DNA of 64,000 nucleotides from a virus (lineage: Duplodnaviria > Caudoviricetes), in the IMG/VR virus record IMGVR_UViG_3300025707_000003, positions 1 to 64,000 of that record. One strand, 5' to 3'. The position numbers were made by a program, and so were the translations under genes. The number at the start of each line of letters is the position of its first letter. Position 1 is the first letter of the stretch. The notes beneath the pieces were generated by a model, which was not told where the DNA came from, did no database searches, and saw only the letters and a program-made list of their open reading frames with translations. This document shows positions 16,939-26,705 of this stretch, in pieces.

Positions 16939-19452
16939 ATGTCTACAATTACAGCGATACAGAAAACGATTGACGCTCAAAAAGAAGCTAATGCCGTTAA
17001 ACTAACCCCTAACTCTGCGGACACTTCCCTCACAGCAAGTAGAGAAGTGGGTGTACTCATTGAAGGTAGTAATGCTACGGTTCAAAATACATCTGACGCA
17101 GGGGGCGTTGTGATTAAGGGAGGTGTTCCTAATCGAGACTCTATTGATGGCGGTGACATAACCATACTGGGAGGGGATGGTTATAAGGGTGGGAACATAT
17201 TAATTGTTGGTGGGGATAACACAGATAACTCAGCGTCAAGTATCTCAGGAGCGATTGCGATTCAAACAGGAGGTCAAGACCTTACTAGTGATCAGCACAC
17301 AGGTAATATCCTAATCAATACAGGTAATGTGAGTGCAGTTAAGAGTTCGGGGTCTTTAGACATTAAAACAGGGACTCCCCATAACGCTCAAGGTTCTTCA
17401 AGTGGGGGTGTTACAATAGAAACAGGAGGTACTTCAGATATTGCCCATAATGGTAGTTCAGGTAACTTAATAATGAAGACAGGGCAAGGGGGTCTAAATG
17501 GGTCTGGACCTATTGCCTATTCAACAGGGGATACCTCGTCTGGAGCTACAGGGTCAATAACTTTTCTATCGGGATCATCCTCCTCTGGTGTTACAGGGGA
17601 TATTTCTTTTTTTAGTGGGTCAGCAGGGGAAGGGGGAGCGAGTGGAGATATTAGTTTAGTCTCTGGGGTAGTGACTAGAAATGGTGGTGCAATTCCGTAC
17701 AACACAGGTGATGTTACAGTAGCATCAGGAACAGGTGTTGGAGCATGGGCAAACAGTGGTACATTATCTCTTTATACAGGAAACTCAGCGAGGGAAACAG
17801 GTGATGTAAGTCTTTACACGGGCGACTCAAGTGGAGACAATAGTGGTACTATTAATATTTACACAGGGAGTGCAACAGATGGTTTAGGTGATACTTCGGG
17901 TAATATAGATCTGACAACAGGTGATTCGTATTCCCAACCAGGAAGAATAAAGTTCGTCACTGGGGCTTCCACAGGCGGAAGCCAAGGGGGTCATATTCAA
18001 GCAGTTACAGGGAATGTCACTGATGGTAATAACACTCAAGAAGGGGGTGGGATCTGGTACACCACAGGGTCTCACGCAGGTAGTGGAGATAGTGGTCTTT
18101 TCAATATCTCAACAGGGGATCAAACAGGTACAGGTAATTCGGGATATATAGACATACGCACAGGGGATCAAACAGTAGCAGATCTATCAGGAAAGATAGA
18201 CATACACACGGGTGTTACAACTGGTGAAGACAGTGGTGAAATCTTAATCAAAACAGGATTTACAGACGCGGATACTGTTTCAAGTGGTGAAATCACTATC
18301 GCCACAGGTGGTCCAGAAGTCAACGGATTTCCAGTATATGGGACCAATACACAGTTAGCAAATAGTGGGGGTATAACCATTAGAACAGGAAGTACCTATG
18401 ATGTATTTTCGGGGAGCTTAACCCTAACAACAGGCATAACCGAGATAGGCACTAGTGGTTCGGTGTCTTTAAGTTCGGGTCAGTCCGAGGAGGGCAACAG
18501 TGGATCTATGCAATTTTTCTCTTCAAATGCAGGAGGGGACTCTGGGTGGGTTGTAATTAGGTCAGGCTCAAGTACCATTGATGGAAATAGTGGTTCGATA
18601 AGTTTGTATACAGGGAATGCGAATACTGTAGCTTCAAATGAAAGTGGTGCGATTAATATTTCCACAGGTGGAGGGAATTTAACATCAGGGGATGTGTCTA
18701 TTACTTCGGGTGCTCCATTTATTGATACAGGGTCTACAAGTGGAGGTGTTACAATAAAGACAGGGGGTACTGCAAACACAGCTGACGCAGGTCATTCGGG
18801 CAACATTGTTATAGGTTCGGGTCAAGGGGGTATCGATGAATCTGGTTCTGTCAGTATTACTACGGGAGATACCTCGACACAACGGAGTGGTGCTTTGACT
18901 ATAGGATCTGGTACAGCTAGTGCTGATTGGAGTGGTGATGTAAATATTTCCACTGGTGGAGGTACAGGTGGAGGAGATATAAATATCTCCACAGGTTTAG
19001 GGTCAGACGGGCATATTTCCTTAGCTACGGATGGCAACGGGGATATTATCTTAACTGCCGATGATGTGGAGGTGAGTTCAGCTTCGGTCCCCAATTCTGT
19101 GGGCAATGACCAACGACTTTTAACAGTTCAAGCGGATGGTGTTCTTAAATCACTAGGAGTAAAAATAATCCATATCGGTCAGGTTACCGTATCCACAGGG
19201 GCTACTAATATTACAGACTTCACATTAACCGCTCCAGTTAATTCGATGTCTGCAAACACGAAGATTTTTTGGAATCTAGAAACAGACAACACAGCGGGGG
19301 TACACTGGACAACTTACCCTCATTTTGTACCCGCTAATTTTTCTACAGGTCCTTCGCATGACCCAAACATTGCAGTTTTATATGGGACTCTTAATAAGTA
19401 TGTGGTATCAATGGATGTGACGATAAATTATGTCATGTATGAGACATTCTAA
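16939..19452 (+). CDS. Gly/Ser/Thr-rich repetitive fibre or spike protein (837 aa)
   Basis: Dozens of (S)G.I.I.(T/S)G repeats; strong TAAGGAG RBS. Confidence 0.65.
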   Translation: MSTITAIQKTIDAQKEANAVKLTPNSADTSLTASREVGVLIEGSNATVQNTSDAGGVVIKGGVPNRDSIDGGDITILGGDGYKGGNILIVGGDNTDNSASSISGAIAIQTGGQDLTSDQHTGNILINTGNVSAVKSSGSLDIKTGTPHNAQGSSSGGVTIETGGTSDIAHNGSSGNLIMKTGQGGLNGSGPIAYSTGDTSSGATGSITFLSGSSSSGVTGDISFFSGSAGEGGASGDISLVSGVVTRNGGAIPYNTGDVTVASGTGVGAWANSGTLSLYTGNSARETGDVSLYTGDSSGDNSGTINIYTGSATDGLGDTSGNIDLTTGDSYSQPGRIKFVTGASTGGSQGGHIQAVTGNVTDGNNTQEGGGIWYTTGSHAGSGDSGLFNISTGDQTGTGNSGYIDIRTGDQTVADLSGKIDIHTGVTTGEDSGEILIKTGFTDADTVSSGEITIATGGPEVNGFPVYGTNTQLANSGGITIRTGSTYDVFSGSLTLTTGITEIGTSGSVSLSSGQSEEGNSGSMQFFSSNAGGDSGWVVIRSGSSTIDGNSGSISLYTGNANTVASNESGAINISTGGGNLTSGDVSITSGAPFIDTGSTSGGVTIKTGGTANTADAGHSGNIVIGSGQGGIDESGSVSITTGDTSTQRSGALTIGSGTASADWSGDVNISTGGGTGGGDINISTGLGSDGHISLATDGNGDIILTADDVEVSSASVPNSVGNDQRLLTVQADGVLKSLGVKIIHIGQVTVSTGATNITDFTLTAPVNSMSANTKIFWNLETDNTAGVHWTTYPHFVPANFSTGPSHDPNIAVLYGTLNKYVVSMDVTINYVMYETF

Positions 19453-19488
19453 AGAAGGATGAGGGTTTTTAATCAACTAAGGAACGAT

Positions 19489-19734
19489 ATGAAAGTATTA
19501 CCTATTATTATTTTCATCACTTTTTTGATGGTGGACTGTAAGCTTCAAACTAAGAAAGAAAAGCAAGAGCAAGAAGAGAAGAGACTCTGTGACTTAGCCT
19601 ACCTATATGTCTCCGAATGTGCATATGAATATAGGAAAGTGACAGTTGCCCCTTTTGAAGCGTGTACTGAAAACTATGCTCGGAGGATGTTAAATTATTC
19701 TTGTGAGGAGTTGGTGGTTAACCTTTCAAAATGA
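19489..19734 (+). CDS. small Cys-rich putative lipoprotein
   Basis: AAGGA RBS; MK + hydrophobic stretch ending in Cys17; four further Cys. Confidence 0.5.
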   Translation: MKVLPIIIFITFLMVDCKLQTKKEKQEQEEKRLCDLAYLYVSECAYEYRKVTVAPFEACTENYARRMLNYSCEELVVNLSK

Positions 19735-19759
19735 GAGATGAGCTTTAAAGACCACCAAC

Positions 19760-20314
19760 CTAAAAGGGGATAAATTGAGGGTTGAGTAAGGGGTTGGGGT
19801 AAGCCTTTAAATACTCTGCAAAATAGAGTTGGGCTGTTCTTAGGTTGAAGTGGGGGATATTATAGTTATGTGCGGCTCGGACAGTATATCGTGTCCCCCC
19901 AGACTCTTTCCCTCGCATAAGTGGGTCTCCCACACAATAGAAGACGACAAACTTAACAGGCTTGAGGTTTTCTTCATCATCTCCAAAGATCTGATACATA
20001 TTGCGTATGATAAGTGAGCGTGTATAAGGCTTCATCTTGTGTAAAGGGTATTCCCAACACACAGCCTTAGCTTTCTCAATCGCCCATTCATGTTCAACGA
20101 TGTGTTGACTCTTAGGAGACCAGATTTCTTTCTGACCACTTTCAAGATCACACCCACGCTCAAAGGCTTGGTCTGCCCCGACAGCACCAGATCTCAGTGT
20201 GAGGTCTTTTTTAGTGCATACCCGACCTATCTTAGTCATAAAGTCAAGACAGGCTTGTGGTGTCTTTCTCGATCCTATTCCTGCGTAGTACATTTTCTTA
20301 CTCCCTTTAGTCAT
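19760..20314 (-). CDS. SLOG/DprA-like nucleotide-binding protein
   Basis: YAGIGSRKTP, SGAVGAD, GGTRYT...A....IP.FNL. Confidence 0.75.
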   Translation of the reverse strand: MTKGSKKMYYAGIGSRKTPQACLDFMTKIGRVCTKKDLTLRSGAVGADQAFERGCDLESGQKEIWSPKSQHIVEHEWAIEKAKAVCWEYPLHKMKPYTRSLIIRNMYQIFGDDEENLKPVKFVVFYCVGDPLMRGKESGGTRYTVRAAHNYNIPHFNLRTAQLYFAEYLKAYPNPLLNPQFIPF

Positions 20315-20353
20315 ACTTCATTATATGACTAAAGGGCTAAATACACTAAAGGG

Positions 20354-21304
20354 CTAAATACTTTTAACTAGTTCCTCTATTTCTTCTCTTGAAGCTCTTG
20401 CAACAGATTTAAGATCACCTTGTGCATCATGATAGAAGACCTCTTTTTCAGGGATCTCTTCGTAGAGATCTTCTAATTCAAATCTTCTATTTTGCTTTGA
20501 GAAGAGACCGCCAATCTCTTTTTTGAGTTTCTTGATAGCAGTGCTCTGTCCTACAAACACATCTTTAGGGTTGTACCCTATGAGTGACCCTAATGCCAGC
20601 CCACCTAAGATTTTAAGAGTGAAAAGGTGTGGGAGGGAGATAGCTAACATCATGGGGATGGCGAAGTTTAACTGATATAAAAGGATATTGAGAAAACTTT
20701 GGTCTGTTTTTTTCCCAATCCCATGTATGGAGGTATAAAAAGATTCAACGAGTTTTACGGGGTTTATTGTTTCCCAAGCGGTTTTTATAATCTCTGTAAC
20801 TGTCCTAAGACCAATATCCTCTTTTGCGATGTTTATCGCCTTGATTCTTAGGTCTTTAGTAGTTGCGGTTTCTTCATATCCACTCAAGTAATCATCATAA
20901 AAAAAGAGTCCATCTCTTGACCCGTAATACTTAATGAATCCCACTCTACTCAGAAGGTCTTCACCGCTCTCTCTATGTTTGCCCCCAAGTTCCCATGCGT
21001 GATAGAGCTTTGAGAGTAGTCGTTCATAAGCAATGGATTGGAAAAACTTAGTGAAAAGGTTGACAACAGGAGTTTGAACAAAGAACACTTTTAAGATTTT
21101 TAAGAACGCATTTTTAACATACTTCGCCATGCCTTTAACTTTAGCTACACCCGAACTGATTAGGTTCGCTAACCAGTTAGACGCAAGGCGAAGGGTCTTT
21201 GCTTGTCTATATTGCAAACAGGCGATTCTTGTTAGTTGTCTTTCCGAAAGAGAAGCCATTTTTATAGTGGTAAAGTGACTTGGGTCTTGTAAGAAGTTAA
21301 TCAT
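20354..21304 (-). CDS. hypothetical protein with hydrophobic C-terminal hairpin; probable internal virion protein
   Basis: Start moved to the ATG at 21304 (alternatively 21259) behind a TTTTATA motif; N-terminal RIA/RQA/RLA motifs. Confidence 0.6.
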   Translation of the reverse strand: MINFLQDPSHFTTIKMASLSERQLTRIACLQYRQAKTLRLASNWLANLISSGVAKVKGMAKYVKNAFLKILKVFFVQTPVVNLFTKFFQSIAYERLLSKLYHAWELGGKHRESGEDLLSRVGFIKYYGSRDGLFFYDDYLSGYEETATTKDLRIKAINIAKEDIGLRTVTEIIKTAWETINPVKLVESFYTSIHGIGKKTDQSFLNILLYQLNFAIPMMLAISLPHLFTLKILGGLALGSLIGYNPKDVFVGQSTAIKKLKKEIGGLFSKQNRRFELEDLYEEIPEKEVFYHDAQGDLKSVARASREEIEELVKSI

Positions 21305-21377
21305 TTGTATGCCTTTGTCGATGTGATCATATAAAAAGGGGAGAGTCATAAAAGGTTTATGAGAGAGAGAGACTAAT

Positions 21378-21995
21378 ATGCTTCGTATAAATAGAAGATG
21401 GGATGCAGAAGAAGATTTAACTTTAAGAGCTTGGGCTAACTTGGAGAACATATCCGAAATAACTGCGAGGTTGGATCGTACTGAGAGTTCTGTGAAGAGT
21501 AGGATGAGAACCCTTGGTATTAAGAAAAAGAAGGTGTATAAACCGAATAGGACATGGACTGACAAAGAGGTTAAATATCTCCGAAGGATGTCTGGTGAGA
21601 TGAAGTCTGATCGGCTTGCAGAAAAGTTAAACAAAAGCCTGTCTTCGGTTAAACTCAAAGCGTCAAGACTAGGGTTATCTCTAAGGACAAGTAAAAACTC
21701 TAGTTGGTGTGATTCGGATATAGACCAACTTATAAATTTGATCTCAACAGGGAAAAATTGGTTTGAGATTTCAGATGTGTTAGTAGATCGTACATGGATG
21801 GCTTGTCGTAAAAAAGCAGGCGAGTTGGATTTAAACTTAGGTCTAAAAAGAGAATGGAGAATGTCAGAGTTGCGTTATCTCCACCAAGCAAGATCAGAGG
21901 GAATTCCATATAAGAAGATTTCATTGGAGTTAAATAGATCTGTCTCTTCAGTTAGAAAAAGATATGCCCGTTATAAGAAAGAAAAAGGATTATGA
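21378..21995 (+). CDS. tandem Myb/SANT-like HTH repeat protein
   Basis: Four W..(E/D)...L repeats of ~45-50 aa, e.g. RRWDAEEDLTL, RTWTDKEVKYL. Confidence 0.65.
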   Translation: MLRINRRWDAEEDLTLRAWANLENISEITARLDRTESSVKSRMRTLGIKKKKVYKPNRTWTDKEVKYLRRMSGEMKSDRLAEKLNKSLSSVKLKASRLGLSLRTSKNSSWCDSDIDQLINLISTGKNWFEISDVLVDRTWMACRKKAGELDLNLGLKREWRMSELRYLHQARSEGIPYKKISLELNRSVSSVRKRYARYKKEKGL

Positions 21996-22363
21996 TAAGA
22001 AACTTATTGGTTATGGTACTTTTTTCATTCCCTGTATTAGCCACTGCCAACCCCGAAGAAGGTTGTATGGACGCAAATTATTCAAGGATTTACACGACTA
22101 CCTATAAAGAGAATAAATCTGAGTTGTCTATTAAAGTCAAAACGACTAGACCAGAAGAAGTGTCTTTACATACGAAGAAGATTAAATATGGTTTGGAGAT
22201 TGAACTCCAAAACGCATATCTTCCAAGGGAGAGAGTTTTTATAGGTAACCATCTTGAATTGAGAGAGTTTGGAGCGTCTACTCTTTTAATCGTTAAGGGG
22301 GGTAAGAAACTGCTCTCCGAGAAGGTGGAGGGTTCTTACCTTATCCTTGTAGTCTCTCTTTAG
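21992..22363 (+). CDS. secreted protein, possibly AMIN-like
   Basis: Signal peptide MIRNLLVMVLFSFPVLATA; IELQNAYLP segment. Confidence 0.45.
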   Translation: MIRNLLVMVLFSFPVLATANPEEGCMDANYSRIYTTTYKENKSELSIKVKTTRPEEVSLHTKKIKYGLEIELQNAYLPRERVFIGNHLELREFGASTLLIVKGGKKLLSEKVEGSYLILVVSL

Positions 22364-22372
22364 ATTACATCC

Positions 22373-22750
22373 CTATCTCTTGAATCTAGCTGGTGTCCAT
22401 GCGTTATGTGATCTTCGACCTCTGCGAGATGCTTGCTTGGTGTAGATCATTCCAAGACCATCGGTGAAGTCACCCTTTTCAAACTTCACATCATGCTTTT
22501 GAGCGAGAGCTTTGACCTGTTTCTCGACCTTTTTATTGTCCATTGATGACATGAGGAAAGTAATAACCCCATCTTCAAAATCAATGTCCTCAATACCAAA
22601 GGTGTCCTCAAGATCACGCCTAATCTGACGAACATTTACATTACCTGCTAAGATGATGTGTCCTGCAACTTTGCGTGTTGCTGAGGTACGCTCAAGACGA
22701 GCAATGCGTCTTTCAAGGTTGTTAATGATTTGTGATGCTGATCTTCTCAT
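22373..22750 (-). CDS. leader-family protein 2
   Basis: MRRSASQIINNLERRIARLERTSA; class B promoter and shared TAAGTGATCTC UTR. Confidence 0.8.
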   Translation of the reverse strand: MRRSASQIINNLERRIARLERTSATRKVAGHIILAGNVNVRQIRRDLEDTFGIEDIDFEDGVITFLMSSMDNKKVEKQVKALAQKHDVKFEKGDFTDGLGMIYTKQASRRGRRSHNAWTPARFKR

Positions 22751-23089
22751 AGGAGTTCTCCATTTAAGTTAAGGTTAGAGATCACTTAAGATCATTTATA
22801 AATGATCTATTAAAAACATTGAGGGTCATGTCCTCTCTGCATAGCGAGGGAGGTCAAATCCAAAAGACCCCTTTATCGAACCAGCACTAAGACCTAATCG
22901 GTTAAAAATCAAACCCAAAGACGATGTGTGGGTCAGAGATTTTAGGGTAATAATCAGTGAGAAAATGGCTGTTTTATGATCTGTGTGTGGGTCAAAGAGA
23001 TGGAGCATAGTCTAAACCTAACTTTTTTTTGCTAGGGGATACTGTCAATGGTATATACCCAACCTTAAATAAACCAAAGGATCTTAAAA

Positions 23090-23209
23090 ATGACATTACT
23101 TGCTATCTCTTTTACCGCTCTCTTATATTCAATGTACTTTGTAGAAGCTTATAGGGCTTACAAAAGAGGCGATGGACCTCAAAGACCTAAGCCTTGGATT
23201 AAGCGTTAG
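23090..23209 (+). CDS. 39-aa membrane peptide (MTLLAISFTALLYSMYFV...)
   Basis: AAAGGA RBS; hand-translated. Confidence 0.45.
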   Translation: MTLLAISFTALLYSMYFVEAYRAYKRGDGPQRPKPWIKR

Positions 23210-23795
23210 TCTCAAAGCAACCTTTTTTCCTCTGTACATAAGCTCGTTTCCTACAAGGGTCTGAACAATAAGCCTTTCGAGTCTTAGGTACTTCATTAGA
23301 ACAGGTGATTGAGGAACACAGGTCGCTCGGCTCTGGTGCTATAGGTTTAGGAGGACTGATCGGATTTGGTTTTTTCTCAGAATCCACCTCTTTGCGTTTG
23401 CGAGTTCGATTAGGGTTTCTTGATTCATAGTCTGCACGAGCCTTTTGCATACGACACTTGTCAGAACAGTATCTCTTGCGTCCTGTAGCGATCATATTTG
23501 CACACCCATAGTTGGCACATTCCTTAGTCGATTGTTTTGACTCGTCAATCTGAATGACTTCCTCGACCTCTTTAATCGTCTTTCGTGCTTTCTCTGCCTT
23601 TCTCTCCTCCAGTTCTTGAGGGGTCAGAGGGTATCCAACCATACTCCTACCTAGACAAGTCGAGTACCAACACTTCTCCGAGTGTTCTCTGTGTTTCGTG
23701 TAAGGGGCGAGGTGTTCAGAACACACCCACATCTTTTTCCCTAGTTCATCTATATACCACTGTACAGGACACTTCCCTGTTCCATCTCTTCGCAT
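23199..23795 (-). CDS. zinc-finger protein with two C..C...YCS..CR (CGNR-like) fingers
   Basis: RKRYCSDKCR and RKAYCSDPCR repeats. Confidence 0.65.
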   Translation of the reverse strand: MRRDGTGKCPVQWYIDELGKKMWVCSEHLAPYTKHREHSEKCWYSTCLGRSMVGYPLTPQELEERKAEKARKTIKEVEEVIQIDESKQSTKECANYGCANMIATGRKRYCSDKCRMQKARADYESRNPNRTRKRKEVDSEKKPNPISPPKPIAPEPSDLCSSITCSNEVPKTRKAYCSDPCRKRAYVQRKKGCFETNA

Positions 23796-23818
23796 TGTCT
23801 GTCCTTTGGAGGTTTATT

Positions 23819-24040
23819 ATGTTTGGTTATGAGCGTTGTCCCAAGTGTACATTGTACTACTTGACTCAAGATTTTAACGAAAACATTTGTATTGAATGTT
23901 CTCCCACAACAAGAGAGAGAAAGACACCTGTACCTCTTTCAAAGGTTCAGTACAAGAAGCTCTATAAAAAAAGGCTCTCAGTTGTCAAGAGCATCCTTAA
24001 ACCTACCCTACCTGCGTTCCCCTCTGATGTGTTCGATTGA
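23819..24040 (+). CDS. small zinc-finger protein (MFGYERCPKC...CIEC)
   Basis: GGAGG RBS before internal Met of ORF 23585..24040. Confidence 0.5.
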   Translation: MFGYERCPKCTLYYLTQDFNENICIECSPTTRERKTPVPLSKVQYKKLYKKRLSVVKSILKPTLPAFPSDVFD

Positions 24041-24133
24041 ACCAAGACCCCCCTAGAGACATTATTCACTTTCCTTTTTAAGATCTATCGGTATAGATAA
24101 ACATACCACAAATAGAGAAAGGATCGTGGACTT

Positions 24134-24877
24134 ATGACGAATGATTTTAGATCTGATATAGTCAGTATTTATGAGGATGGGATTGGGGGCGTTTCTCTCA
24201 TTCAATCTATGGGCGATGACCTCACTATCGTAAACAGTGCGAGAGCAAGTCTAGGGAAAGTCAGTACCGAGATGGGTGAGCGAGAGGAAAAGCTGTGCAA
24301 CTTCCTCATTAAAGAGGGGCATACCTCGACCACAGAACATAATGTCGTTTCGTTTTGGATTAAAGTACCACTCTTCGTAGCCCGTCAACAAATGCGACAC
24401 AGGACATTCTCTTACAACGAGATTTCTCGCAGATACACAAGCTCTGACATCGAGTTTTACCTCCCAAATGAGATGAGGAAGCAAGACACTAAAAACCGCC
24501 AAGCAAGTCTTGATGAGACATTTAACCCCATCGTAGAGTTTGATCCCTATGAGTACCCTAAGTTCCTTAAACTAGACGCTGTGTCTGCTATTAAAAGCCA
24601 TGCTTCTGATTCTATTAGGTTATACAATCAGTTAATAGAAAAAGGGGTCGCAAGAGATCAAGCTCGTATGATACTCCCACAGAATCTATATACAACTTAC
24701 TGGGCAACTGGGTCATTGCACAACTGGGTTAATAGTTTCATTGCTAAAAGGGATCACCCCGATGCTCAATGGGAGATCAAACTCTTAGCAAGAGAAATCT
24801 CTCGGCAAATCCAAACGCTATGGCCTTTGGCTCATGCTAACTTTGTGGAGCATGGGAAGATCCCACCATTAAATTAA
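24134..24877 (+). CDS. thyX: FAD-dependent thymidylate synthase
   Basis: RHRTFSYNEISRRY signature; ARMILPQ. Confidence 0.95.
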   Translation: MTNDFRSDIVSIYEDGIGGVSLIQSMGDDLTIVNSARASLGKVSTEMGEREEKLCNFLIKEGHTSTTEHNVVSFWIKVPLFVARQQMRHRTFSYNEISRRYTSSDIEFYLPNEMRKQDTKNRQASLDETFNPIVEFDPYEYPKFLKLDAVSAIKSHASDSIRLYNQLIEKGVARDQARMILPQNLYTTYWATGSLHNWVNSFIAKRDHPDAQWEIKLLAREISRQIQTLWPLAHANFVEHGKIPPLN

Positions 24878-24886
24878 AAGAACCTA

Positions 24887-25339
24887 TTACTTTGTAACCC
24901 TTACGCCACAACAGGGACAAAGTGCATCTTCTTTTTGAGATAACTTAGAGACAAGTCGTGCTTGAGCTTTCTTCAAACTCGTATCCCAATGTTCAGGGAA
25001 CTGAGGAGGATCAATCGAGGGTAAGGTCTTTCGCTGTCTCTTTTTGACACGATTTGGTGGCACTGCTTCAGACTCGGCAACTGCTTTCCACTTCCACGCT
25101 TTCCTGCCCGACTCCGTAATGCCCTTAGTGTTCGTATTAAGGACAAGACCCTTATCCATGAGGTTAATACGACAAGGGCGATATGTGTTCGGGTTCATAC
25201 CTAACGATCTAAATCCATCATCATCTGTAATACCATCTTCTCCCTTCGATAGGATGTACCGATATACACGATCTGTTATATTGGTGATTTGAGGTTCGAT
25301 TGACTCAAGTGCCTCACGAGATGTTTCCATGTTAGACAT
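24887..25339 (-). CDS. putative winged-HTH DNA-binding protein with C-terminal CPCC
   Basis: RVY.YI...G..G.TDD...L.M..NT.RP....L...GLV pattern. Confidence 0.55.
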   Translation of the reverse strand: MSNMETSREALESIEPQITNITDRVYRYILSKGEDGITDDDGFRSLGMNPNTYRPCRINLMDKGLVLNTNTKGITESGRKAWKWKAVAESEAVPPNRVKKRQRKTLPSIDPPQFPEHWDTSLKKAQARLVSKLSQKEDALCPCCGVRVTK

Positions 25340-25388
25340 AAATCAGTCCTTTCATATATGAAGTCAGATAATAACCCCTTATATGATC

Positions 25389-25616
25389 CTAGCCCTCTTT
25401 ATGCCTCTCTACCTCTCGTTGAAGATACCAAATAGCTTTATTCAAGTCCTCAATAGAACTCTCACCAGGTTTCTTTCCCGCTCTTAAGATATATTTGATC
25501 GCTGAACCAAGCGAAAAATTGAGGTTATATGCCTCGATCACAGATATCGCTTCCATCCCCTTTGCTTGGTAATGGTCGGGATGGTCAATCTTCTCGTACT
25601 TTTGCTCTTTACTCAT
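25389..25616 (-). CDS. DUF3310-family protein
   Basis: IDHPDHY...F.LG.AIKY..RAGKK....EDL.KA.WYL.RE. Confidence 0.85.
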   Translation of the reverse strand: MSKEQKYEKIDHPDHYQAKGMEAISVIEAYNLNFSLGSAIKYILRAGKKPGESSIEDLNKAIWYLQREVERHKEG

Positions 25617-25677
25617 AGTATATTCTTTAACTTTTCTTAGCTTGTTTATAATGACACTATACTAAAGGAGGCTCAAT

Positions 25678-26643
25678 ATGGCTGTAGCATTTAAAAGAAA
25701 TCAAATACTCTCAAGGGGCGATCTCGACATCTTCCTCACAAACTCAAATGGGAATGTGTCTAATGCCGCTGAAATTACTTACGCACTTTATTATGTAGAC
25801 CCTGGACCACCCGAAACAGATGTACTCATCGGTGATCAAGCTCGCATACCCGAAAACCCATCGGTAGGTGAATACTATGCATCTGTACGCATACCTACCA
25901 CAGCTACCTATGGTCGCTATCGGATCAGATGGACCCTCAAAGAGTTGGTCAACAGCCAACCCCAAACGGTTGTACAAGAGTTCGGGGTAGTCGCAGAGAA
26001 CGCTGTACTTGGATTACAACTCTCAGAAGCTCAAAAGTCTATGGTCTATAAGTTGCGTATGCTCCTTAGAGATCAGAACCCCGACAAGTATTATCATTTC
26101 AGACCACCAGAGCATGAATCGAACATTGGTAGCTACAATCAAGTCTTTGGTCAAGTGTGGGAAGATGAGGAGATGCTTGAGTATCTTGAGAGAGCTTTAG
26201 ATTGGTGGAATATGCAACCACCAGAAACTGAAGAACTCCAAAACCTTAACTCACTCGTAAATATTAAACCTGCTTGGAGAACTCCCATTCTTCAAGGGGC
26301 GATACAGTTTGCGGCTATGGCTCTTCAAGCAAACTGGATCGTAGACGAGTTCGATTATTCCATCGGGGGCATCTCTCTTAACATCGACAGGTCAAGCAAA
26401 TATGAAGGACTCAAATCTTCGGCTGAACAAATGTGGTCGATGTCGGTTGAAGCTAAAGCAAGAACTACAAAATATATGCGTGGATTAAAACAACCCAAAT
26501 ATGGCGTGGGGATAAGAAGTGCCTTTGGCCCGCATGTTGGTCGGGGCGTTCTTTCGCCGCGGGGATTCCTTATTTTCCCTTTATTTCTAGGTACTTACGA
26601 GATGATTTCGGAGTTTTTGAGTGTGGCTCAAGGGGTGGTTTAG
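25678..26643 (+). CDS. probable virion structural protein (head-tail adaptor-like)
   Basis: Class B promoter and AAAGGAGG RBS; beta-rich N-terminus, helical C-terminus with YSIGGISL; function inferred. Confidence 0.5.
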   Translation: MAVAFKRNQILSRGDLDIFLTNSNGNVSNAAEITYALYYVDPGPPETDVLIGDQARIPENPSVGEYYASVRIPTTATYGRYRIRWTLKELVNSQPQTVVQEFGVVAENAVLGLQLSEAQKSMVYKLRMLLRDQNPDKYYHFRPPEHESNIGSYNQVFGQVWEDEEMLEYLERALDWWNMQPPETEELQNLNSLVNIKPAWRTPILQGAIQFAAMALQANWIVDEFDYSIGGISLNIDRSSKYEGLKSSAEQMWSMSVEAKARTTKYMRGLKQPKYGVGIRSAFGPHVGRGVLSPRGFLIFPLFLGTYEMISEFLSVAQGVV

Positions 26644-26646
26644 GGG

Positions 26647-26676
26647 TTGACAAGCAAGCAAAGTTTGGTGTATAGT
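26647..26676 (+). promoter_or_regulatory. sigma70-like promoter of the homing endonuclease gene
   Basis: TTGACA-N18-TATAGT. Confidence 0.55.
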
Positions 26677-26705
26677 ATCAATCTCCACTAAGAGAAAGGA
26701 TACAT

